DNA of 40,446 nucleotides. Source: an uncultured Gammaproteobacteria bacterium. GTDB lineage: Bacteria; Patescibacteriota; Microgenomatia; CAYXHB01. Shown in pieces: positions 19,034 to 26,257 of this stretch. Every line of letters begins with the position of its first letter. The first letter of the stretch is position 1. Location: contig CAYUGO010000002.1 in NCBI GenBank assembly GCA_964444295.1, forward strand, positions 1 to 40,446. The letters are read 5' to 3'. Made by a program: the position numbers and the translations under genes. The notes under the pieces are model-generated. The model searched no databases. It saw only the letters and a program-made list of their open reading frames with translations, and was not told the origin of the DNA.

Positions 19034-20145
19034 AGATAGCGGGAGATGTAGGAGGCGATGGTTTGGGCTGCAGGTCGGTGTTGGTTGCGGACAAATTCAA
19101 CCCCAGGAAGGGTGTTTTGGAGGATGTCGGGATTGTGAAGAATGTTGGATATTAAAGAGGCTGCGTGTTTTGGGTTTTCTTCGACAAACCCACATTGGGT
19201 TGAGCGGATGAAGTCAACATTGCCATTTTCTTGACCGTGGATGTGGTGCGTAACAATGAAGGGTTTGCCAGAGGCAAGGCTTTCTAACATTATGTTGGGT
19301 CCGGCTTTGGCTGCTACGAAGTCTGCAGCATGGAGGTAATCGGAGACATTATTGATGTGTCCAAGAGTGTGAATTTTCATTCGTGATGGGAATTCTTGTG
19401 ATTGGATGTCCTGGGCAAGTGAGGAATGATTACCACAAAGAACTATAATTTGGCATTCGGGAGTTTGTATGTCTTGTAAGTATTTAAGTATATCTTGAGT
19501 TTTTTCAATTCCGCCTCCAGATCCTCCTAGAACAAAAGTGGGTAGATTGGGATCTAAGTTAAGTTGGGTACGGAGTTTGGTAAGGTTGGTTGGTGTTTTG
19601 AAAAAATCTTCGCGGATTGGATGGCCAGTGATGACGAGTTTCTCGGGAGAAAGACCGTTTTTGAGTCCTCGTTGGTATGCGGTTAGACTGCTGACCATAG
19701 TAAGATCAGCCTGAGGTTGATAGTAGATGGAGTGAGGGGTAAATGGATCAGGAACGAAGAAGAGAAAAGGGATGGGATTGTTGGTTTTTTGGACAAGATG
19801 AGGGATTTCATTTATCCCAAAGATAGTATTGCTGACGATGACTTGTGGTTTGTGGTGGAGAATTGCTTTTTGGAGATACTGAGATGTAAATGCTTGGCTG
19901 GTTTTAGAGATGATTTTTTTGATATGGTGGTAATTAGTGGCTTTGAATAATAAATTGTAAACACTGGGATAATTCCGGACACTTAGTTCGTAGCCTTTTC
20001 CAAACATTGTATGATTGAAATCGAGGCGAATTGGTTGAGCTTGGGGAGCGATGTGGTGTAATGATTCGATAATAGCTTGGGTGATACTAAGATGACCTCC
20101 GCCGGCAGCTATTTCTAGAAATAAGATTTTGGGTTTTTGAGTCAT
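19030..20145 (-). CDS. GT28 glycosyltransferase, MGDG-synthase/UgtP-like diacylglycerol glycosyltransferase
   Basis: 371 aa. It has an N-terminal KILFLEIAAGGGH and a C-terminal ADFVAAKAGPNIMLESLASGKPFIV...HGQENGN. Its stop codon overlaps the ATPase stop by 2 nt. Confidence 0.78.
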   Translation of the reverse strand: MTQKPKILFLEIAAGGGHLSITQAIIESLHHIAPQAQPIRLDFNHTMFGKGYELSVRNYPSVYNLLFKATNYHHIKKIISKTSQAFTSQYLQKAILHHKPQVIVSNTIFGINEIPHLVQKTNNPIPFLFFVPDPFTPHSIYYQPQADLTMVSSLTAYQRGLKNGLSPEKLVITGHPIREDFFKTPTNLTKLRTQLNLDPNLPTFVLGGSGGGIEKTQDILKYLQDIQTPECQIIVLCGNHSSLAQDIQSQEFPSRMKIHTLGHINNVSDYLHAADFVAAKAGPNIMLESLASGKPFIVTHHIHGQENGNVDFIRSTQCGFVEENPKHAASLISNILHNPDILQNTLPGVEFVRNQHRPAAQTIASYISRYL

Positions 20146-20233
20146 GAAGATGTTAATTATTATAACTCAATTAAATTTAGAGATGGATTTGACTTGCATT
20201 TAAACATCAATATCGTGCAGTATAGATGTATCT

Positions 20234-20599
20234 ATGCAAGAAGCTGAGGACAAAGATTATGAAGATTTGAGTCAGAGTTTGGCGATGCCTATTAATAAAG
20301 TATCTGCGTGGATATACGTGGTGGGAATTGTGCCTGTTTTGGGGTTGATATGGAGCGGTGTGTTGTTATATTTGGAGAAGGACAAAAGGGTTAGGTTCCA
20401 TGCGTATCAATCTATTGCGTTGTTTGGACTGTTAGATATGGTGGTTGTTTTGTTTTATTTGACGGTGATTTTGTCGAGATTGAATCAGATTATTATTTTG
20501 GGAGGATTTGTGGTCTGGTTGTTATTGATATTGAGAACGAGTGAGGGGAAGGTTTGGGAGTTGCCGATCGTAGGAACATGGGCAAGGCGGAGGGTATAA
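20234..20599 (+). CDS. small integral membrane protein (DUF4870-like, tentative)
   Basis: 121 aa with three predicted TM helices and an FHAYQSIALFG motif. Confidence 0.5.
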   Translation: MQEAEDKDYEDLSQSLAMPINKVSAWIYVVGIVPVLGLIWSGVLLYLEKDKRVRFHAYQSIALFGLLDMVVVLFYLTVILSRLNQIIILGGFVVWLLLILRTSEGKVWELPIVGTWARRRV

Positions 20600-20647
20600 A
20601 ATGGATAGGGGGAAAGTGGAATATTTTAGATGTACAATATAAGGATA

Positions 20648-21196
20648 ATGAAAGTAGTAGTAGGTTTGGGTAACGTGGGTAATAAATATACTCGTACTAG
20701 GCACAATGCAGGGTTTTTGACCTTAGATTTGATTGCAAGTAAGTTGGGTTTAGATTGGCAAGGATGCGGATCTGATTGTGGTGAGTATGTTAAGGATGTG
20801 GCGGGTAGATTTTGGTTGTTTAAGCCAGGCTGGTATATGAATAGGAGCGGAGAAGCTTGGGCTAGTTTGGTCAATTATTACAAAATTGATAGTGATGACT
20901 TGGAAGTTATCATTATTCATGATGATTTGGATTTGCGGTTGGGAGAAATAAAGATTAAAACAGGTGGTGGGGCAGGAGGACATAATGGAGTACTGTCGAT
21001 GATGGAGGTTAATTCGTTTGAGTGGGATAAAGTGCTGAGATATCGGTTGGGCATTGGCAGGCCTGCTGAAGGGGTTACGGATTTTGAGATAATTAGTAAT
21101 TGGGTTTTATCTAGGGTCGGGAAAGAGGATGCTTATGTGTGGAATGAGATGTTAGAAACGTGTGCTGAGGAGATTATGGGAAAGATGTTTGAATAA
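20648..21196 (+). CDS. pth: peptidyl-tRNA hydrolase
   Basis: MKVVVGLGNVGNKYTRTRHNAGF, HDDLDL and GGHNG are present. I moved the start to the Met that gives the canonical N-terminus. The track ORF starts at 20630. Confidence 0.9.
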   Translation: MKVVVGLGNVGNKYTRTRHNAGFLTLDLIASKLGLDWQGCGSDCGEYVKDVAGRFWLFKPGWYMNRSGEAWASLVNYYKIDSDDLEVIIIHDDLDLRLGEIKIKTGGGAGGHNGVLSMMEVNSFEWDKVLRYRLGIGRPAEGVTDFEIISNWVLSRVGKEDAYVWNEMLETCAEEIMGKMFE

Positions 21197-21453
21197 ATAG
21201 TTTGGCTTGATGTATAGGTTTATATTTAGTGATATTTATATATATTTAGATAGTTTGTGATATGATTTTGGGTTGAGCTGTTTTGCGGTAATTATTATTG
21301 TTGAAGAGATGTGGATAAGTTTGCCCATGGTATATTTTGCGACATTTATTTTAATAACTCAAAATATAACAAATAAGATAATGCCTTGACGGAATGGTCT
21401 TCTAGCATCAAAGTACGGATAAATAGAAAGAAAGTTTGTGGTAGTAATTGGAG

Positions 21454-22473
21454 TTAGTCGAAGAGTTTTTTAGTGGTTTCTTGAGGAGGAGAAATGTGGA
21501 GATGTTGGTAAGCCTGGTGAGTTAACATCCGTCCTCTCGGTGTGCGTTTGATAAAACCTATTTGCATGAGGTAGGGTTCGGTAACATCCTCAAGGGTCCG
21601 TTTGTCTTCAGAAAGTGATGCGGCCAAAGTATCTAACCCGACAGGTCCTCCTTGGTAGAATTTGGCAATGATTTCTAAAAATTGGCGGTCATTGTTGTCT
21701 AGCCCCAGATCGTCGATTTCGAATAATTCTAATGTTTCAAGGACAACTTTTTGGGTAATGGTGGGGAGTTGAGATATTTGGGCAACGTCTCTAGTTCGTT
21801 TGAGGAGTTTGTTAGCTATGCGGGGAGTGCCGCGAGACCGTTGAGCAAGAGTAAGGGCCGCTTGGGGTTCAATGGTAAATCCAAGAACTTGGGCTGAGCG
21901 AGTGAGGATAGATGTTAGTTCTTGGGGTTTGTAGAATTCCAGTTTGTGAATGGCACCAAATCGGTCTCGTAGAGGCGCGCTGATTAATCCGGTTTGGGTG
22001 GTGGCGCCAATGATAGTAAATTTGGGAAGATCGAGTTTGAGTGTACGGGCGGCAGGTCCTTTGCCGACGATGATATCAAGAAAAAAATCTTCCATGGCGG
22101 GATATAAAGTTTCTTCGACGATTTTGTTGAGTCTATGTATTTCATCGATAAATAAGATATCTCCTGTCCCAAGATTGGTAAGAATTGAGGCTAAGTCTCC
22201 GGCCCGTTCTAAGGCTGGGCCTGAGGTGGTTCTAATTTGGACGCCTAGTTCATGAGCCATGATATGGGCTAGTGTTGTTTTGCCTAATCCTGGTGGCCCG
22301 TAGATAAGTAAATGGTCGATAGGTTCGGCTCTTTCTTGAGCAGCTTGAATAAAGATGTGAAGATGTTTTTTGACTTTGGATTGGCCTGTGAATTCTTTTA
22401 GCTTGGTTGGACGGAGGGTGAAGTCAAGTTGTTCGTCTTGGGGGGTTATATTGGTGGGACTGATGGTGGTCAT
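21454..22473 (-). CDS. ruvB: Holliday junction branch migration ATPase RuvB
   Basis: 339 aa. It has Walker A GPPGLGKTT, Walker B ILFIDEIHRL, IGATT, RDRFG, and a C-terminal winged helix. Confidence 0.95.
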   Translation of the reverse strand: MTTISPTNITPQDEQLDFTLRPTKLKEFTGQSKVKKHLHIFIQAAQERAEPIDHLLIYGPPGLGKTTLAHIMAHELGVQIRTTSGPALERAGDLASILTNLGTGDILFIDEIHRLNKIVEETLYPAMEDFFLDIIVGKGPAARTLKLDLPKFTIIGATTQTGLISAPLRDRFGAIHKLEFYKPQELTSILTRSAQVLGFTIEPQAALTLAQRSRGTPRIANKLLKRTRDVAQISQLPTITQKVVLETLELFEIDDLGLDNNDRQFLEIIAKFYQGGPVGLDTLAASLSEDKRTLEDVTEPYLMQIGFIKRTPRGRMLTHQAYQHLHISPPQETTKKLFD

Positions 22474-22517
22474 GCGTGCTTTAGCGTATCAGATTTGGAT
22501 GATGGGTGCAATTTTGG

Positions 22518-23417
22518 TTAGTTTGTGATGTTTATTGGTGTGGGGGTTTTTATTATTTTAGATTGTGGGTGAAGTTGATGGTAAGTTATTTTGTACAATA
22601 AATATACAACAAGAGTGGCAGATGTGACGGAAATTATTAAACTGAGAGTGAATGAAATAGGGGTGCTTTGGGGTGGAATCGGGATGTTTAAGAAGTGGCG
22701 TTGATGTGTAATGGCATTAGATAGTTGAGGATTATGAATGGATGTGGGAGTTGTGGAAATGGTGGGAGTGGTATTGAGGGTTGCTGCGAAAGTAGCGGTT
22801 AATGTTTCGGTCGGAATTGAGACAATCGGGGGAGATATTTGGGAAGGTGTATTGGAGGATGTGGTCGAAATATGGATAGACTGAGTAGGGGTGGGTGATG
22901 AGGGTGCTTGGATGTTGAGTTGAAGATTGTGAACTTCGTTAAGAATATCACCTTGGCCTGTGGTGACTGCGATGTTCGAATCGGTAGTTTGGCCAGAGAA
23001 GAAGATGATATCAAGATTGGTCGAGCCTGATTGGAGGGCTTTGAAATTTAGAGTTGCAAGAGTGTTTGTCCCGTTGAATTGTGAGTCCAGAGAGTTAGCG
23101 AAGGTTGAGATGTGAATAGTTCCGAGATCATTATCAAAATTTTTTTTAATAAAATTATCAAAAATTGTACCTTCTTCGATTGAAGTGATTTGAATAAACT
23201 GGGGATTAAATTTTATTTTGACACCTGCCCCTGCGGTTTCGTTTCCAGCGGTATCGAGGATGATATTTATTTGGGATGATTGTTCTACAATTGGATTTGG
23301 GGTGGAGGTAGTGAGACTGAATGAAGGACTTGCGGCAAGTGTTGGGAATGGATTAGTTAATGAATTAAGTAAGAGGGTGACAAGGATGATAATTGAGGAA
23401 GTTAGATGGAGTCGCAC
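22518..23417 (-). CDS. membrane-anchored cohesin-domain protein (candidate anchoring scaffoldin A)
   Basis: 299 aa with a GTG start. A signal peptide is followed by a cohesin-like module (INIILDTAGNETAGAGVKIKFNPQFIQITSIEEG...GTIHIS...LATLNFKALQSGSTNLDIIF...TDSNIAV). Then come a Ser/Thr/Pro linker, a C-terminal TM helix ISFTLSLIISVTSATLVVYLLY and a short tail. Confidence 0.7.
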   Translation of the reverse strand: MRLHLTSSIIILVTLLLNSLTNPFPTLAASPSFSLTTSTPNPIVEQSSQINIILDTAGNETAGAGVKIKFNPQFIQITSIEEGTIFDNFIKKNFDNDLGTIHISTFANSLDSQFNGTNTLATLNFKALQSGSTNLDIIFFSGQTTDSNIAVTTGQGDILNEVHNLQLNIQAPSSPTPTQSIHISTTSSNTPSQISPPIVSIPTETLTATFAATLNTTPTISTTPTSIHNPQLSNAITHQRHFLNIPIPPQSTPISFTLSLIISVTSATLVVYLLYKITYHQLHPQSKIIKTPTPINITN

Positions 23418-23448
23418 AGATATTGTTTATTATATAGATCAGTTTAAC

Positions 23449-24234
23449 TTAGTAAGTTGGAGGCACAGTGTTGTTCGTGTAAGGGGGAGAATCAGTAGGT
23501 GGAAGTGGGTTAGTTGGTGATTGATTATCAGTTTTGATGATGATTGTAGGTTCTTGAGGGGAAGTATTTTTGTTTTTGAGGAGTAAAAATAAAACAATAA
23601 TGGTGATGATAATGGCAGCAATTATAGATCCGATGATATAGATGAGATTATTGTTAGCTGAGTTGGTCATTGGAGGAGAAAGGGTTGTATCATCCGTGAC
23701 AGTTGTGTTAGCAATATTTGGATTAGGAGAGATAGAAACTGTGAGAGAGTTAGTGTATGCGAGGATATCTCCGTTGCCATATGTAACTGCGATATTGGAA
23801 TCTCTGGTGTTATTGGGAAGGTAGTTAAATTTGACGGTGGTTTGACCAACTGATTTAGATCGGAAAGTAATAGTTGCGAAACGGTCTATGCCTTGATATA
23901 GAGATTGAGAAGTAGGATCTTTGATACCAGAAATGGAGATAGTGCCTTTGGCATTATCGTATGTGGCATTTGGGTATGAGTCAAAAATAGGATATGTGTC
24001 TATTTTGGTAACTTCAAGATTGTTTTGGCTATAAAAAAGTTCTGCACCGACTCCAGCAACCTCTTGATTAGAGGTATCAATTCTGAGATCAACTGTGAAT
24101 GTTTCGTTGACAGTTGAATTAGTCTGGGTTGGTTCAAGTAAAAGGCTGGGGAGGTTGTTTTGGGCAAGAAGATTAGTACTGTGAAGGAATATAATACCTA
24201 GAGATAAAAAAAGAGAAAGTGCAATTTTATTCAT
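23449..24234 (-). CDS. membrane-anchored cohesin-domain protein (candidate anchoring scaffoldin B)
   Basis: 261 aa. A signal peptide is followed by a cohesin-like module (FTVDLRIDTSNQEVAGVGAELFYSQNNLEVTKID...GTISISG...FATITFRSKSVGQTTVKFNY...RDSNIAV). Then come the TM helix LIYIIGSIIAAIIITIIVLFLLL and a Pro-rich tail. Confidence 0.7.
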   Translation of the reverse strand: MNKIALSLFLSLGIIFLHSTNLLAQNNLPSLLLEPTQTNSTVNETFTVDLRIDTSNQEVAGVGAELFYSQNNLEVTKIDTYPIFDSYPNATYDNAKGTISISGIKDPTSQSLYQGIDRFATITFRSKSVGQTTVKFNYLPNNTRDSNIAVTYGNGDILAYTNSLTVSISPNPNIANTTVTDDTTLSPPMTNSANNNLIYIIGSIIAAIIITIIVLFLLLKNKNTSPQEPTIIIKTDNQSPTNPLPPTDSPPYTNNTVPPTY

Positions 24235-24255
24235 GATGACTGATTGAGAGAATAT

Positions 24256-25899
24256 TTATTGGAGAACGTCATCTTGTTTGTTCCAGTTGTCGCGCATGAT
24301 GGCGAAGTCTAGAGCATTGAGTTCTCCGCTGCGATCGAGATCGGCGAGACTATAGTTCTTAAAGAAGTTGGGAAGTACGTGGAGAGTGTAGTCAATTTCG
24401 TTAATCTCACCATCTTGATTGAAGTCGCCTCCGAGAAGCGGTGATTGAGTTAGATTGATAAGTTGTTCTTGGGCTGTGATATTAATGGGGTTGGTGTTTG
24501 TGCCGAATTTTTTGGCTAGGTAGCCTGGAGCTTTGACGGTGAATATATAATTACCTGAGGCTACATTGATTGATACTTGACCGTTAGTATTGGTTTGGGA
24601 TTGAACTTCGGAGGTTTGATTGTTGGACAGTTTTTTGATTTCGATGGTCACAGGTAGATTTTTGGCGATACCGGAGGTGATGCCTTTCCCTTGGAAATTA
24701 ACTTGGAGAGTTGCACTTAATGTGGGAACTGGAGTTGGTCCAGTGGTGGGTACGGCGGTGGGGATTGCTGTAGGAGCTGGTGTATTAGTCGGGGTAGGGG
24801 TTGGAACATTGCTAGGAACTGGAGTGGGGGTGTTGGTAGGAGCCAAGGTTGCTGTTGGAGCAGCAATTATAGTGATAGCTTGGTTATTAACTTGGGATAA
24901 AATATCAACAGGATTGTTACCGGCGTTGAATTTGACAAGGTTGCTGTCATTGGGGTTGTTAGGAGAAAATTGATAGTTGATTGGGGTTGAAGCAATGGTT
25001 TTGAGCGGTTGGAAGGTAATTCTGGCGAAGATCAAATTGTTGCCGATCGCTGGAGTTGGATTGGCAGAGGTGCCGATATTCGCTGCGATGTTAATTGTTC
25101 CAGCTGTGTTGTCGTAAGCTTTGACGGCATATGAGCTAAATGCTGATGGAGTTGATTGTTCTACGCTGATGACTTTGAGATATTGAGGATTGAAGGTTAT
25201 GTCGGCATCAACGGCACTTAATTGTTCACCTGCGGAATTGACAGTAGTTTCAACTGTGAAGTTTTGGTTGACTGTTTGGGGATTTGGTTTACTTAGATTA
25301 GTAAAGGCGAGAGTAGGAGTGTCTGTATTAACTACGATTTGACCATTAGTGGCTGACGCAAGAGTATTTTCGGCTTGGAGATTAGCTACAAGAGATGGTC
25401 TGTTTGAGGTAGTATCAATTACAAGGTCAGAGGTCCCCGCGGTTATTACTTGGTATGTAATATTTGCGACTGCACCAGGGACCACCCCACCATAGTTACT
25501 TCCAAGAGGGAATCCGATTGCATAACGGATGTCGCCGTTGCCGAAAGTTTTTTGAATTACGACAGGTGCACCCCCTGCTTGATTTTGGAAATCAGTGAAA
25601 AAATTACCTGGTTGGATGTCATTAATTTGGATTACTGAAGCATTATAAGTAAGATGAAGTTCAATTGAATTGACTTGATCGCCATTTGGATTAATGTTAA
25701 CGGCGAATGAAGCTGATTCTGCGAGGCGGGGGGTACTTTGGGCTGGCTGAATAGCAAGCACCGATTTACCTGTGGCAGCTTGAGTGTTAGTTCTGGTTGG
25801 AATACGAGAAAGGTAGATACTGACAGGAAGAGCCAGAAGAGCGACTGCTAGAATTATGTACTTTGATTTATTTTTGGTTAATGAGTTTGGGAAGTTCAT
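24256..25899 (-). CDS. secreted adaptor scaffoldin-like protein: two cohesin-like modules, PT linker, Ig-like (CarboxypepD_reg-like) module, C-terminal canonical dockerin
   Basis: 547 aa. Cohesin 1 spans ~aa 45-190 and cohesin 2 ~aa 195-345 (FTVETTVNSAGEQLSAVDADITFNPQYLKVISVE...GTINIAAN...FARITFQPL). The linker is APTNTPTPVPSNVPTPTPTNTPAPT. The dockerin is GDFNQDGEINEIDYTL...ADLDRSGELNALDFAIM (nt 24259-24432). Confidence 0.75.
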   Translation of the reverse strand: MNFPNSLTKNKSKYIILAVALLALPVSIYLSRIPTRTNTQAATGKSVLAIQPAQSTPRLAESASFAVNINPNGDQVNSIELHLTYNASVIQINDIQPGNFFTDFQNQAGGAPVVIQKTFGNGDIRYAIGFPLGSNYGGVVPGAVANITYQVITAGTSDLVIDTTSNRPSLVANLQAENTLASATNGQIVVNTDTPTLAFTNLSKPNPQTVNQNFTVETTVNSAGEQLSAVDADITFNPQYLKVISVEQSTPSAFSSYAVKAYDNTAGTINIAANIGTSANPTPAIGNNLIFARITFQPLKTIASTPINYQFSPNNPNDSNLVKFNAGNNPVDILSQVNNQAITIIAAPTATLAPTNTPTPVPSNVPTPTPTNTPAPTAIPTAVPTTGPTPVPTLSATLQVNFQGKGITSGIAKNLPVTIEIKKLSNNQTSEVQSQTNTNGQVSINVASGNYIFTVKAPGYLAKKFGTNTNPINITAQEQLINLTQSPLLGGDFNQDGEINEIDYTLHVLPNFFKNYSLADLDRSGELNALDFAIMRDNWNKQDDVLQ

Positions 25900-25939
25900 C
25901 TTTGTTTATTGTGGGTTTATTAGTTGGGGATTGCAAGGG

Positions 25940-26224
25940 TTATTTACCAAAACTTATAGACAAAATTGTATAGTCTAGGATATTTACTGCGTTATCACCA
26001 TTGAGATCAGCTTTGTGATTATTGGTTCCCATTTGGCTAGAAAGAAATGTGTAGTCGAGAATGTTGACTTTACCGTCACAATTATTGGTGTCTCCAATAA
26101 CAGGGCAAGGGGCAGATTGAATATTAGTAACAGGAAGAGTAGGCGTAGCCGCCGAAACAGTAGGGCTTGTAATGAAGGTTAAAATCAAAAATCCAGTAAT
26201 AATTGTGGCAAGTTTTATTTTCAC
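25940..26224 (-). CDS. secreted dockerin-only miniprotein (94 aa)
   Basis: GTG start. A signal peptide ending VSA-A and a short linker are followed by CPVIGDTNNCDGKVNILDYTFLSSQMGTNNHKADLNGDNAVNILDYTILSISFGK. There is no other domain. Confidence 0.6.
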   Translation of the reverse strand: MKIKLATIITGFLILTFITSPTVSAATPTLPVTNIQSAPCPVIGDTNNCDGKVNILDYTFLSSQMGTNNHKADLNGDNAVNILDYTILSISFGK

Positions 26225-26257
26225 AAGTTAATGTTAATCATATTAATATTGTGGTGT

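Noticed and set aside
21310-21318. A perfect DnaA-box 9-mer, TGTGGATAA, in the AT-rich pth/ruvB spacer. It could indicate oriC.
   Set aside because: It is a single box, and about 0.3 chance occurrences are expected in 40 kb on both strands. The flanking genes converge rather than diverge, no dnaA or dnaN is nearby, and strand skew does not change across it.
24740-24880. Short G-rich quasi-repeats (ggagttgg, ggtgtgg, ggggt) here and at ~14210-14280, 26440-26500, 30790-30860 and 36300-36370. They could be CRISPR-like or G-quadruplex elements.
   Set aside because: They are the antisense of in-frame Pro/Thr linker codons (CCN/ACN) inside long ORFs. They are irregular in length and spacing, with no repeat-spacer architecture.
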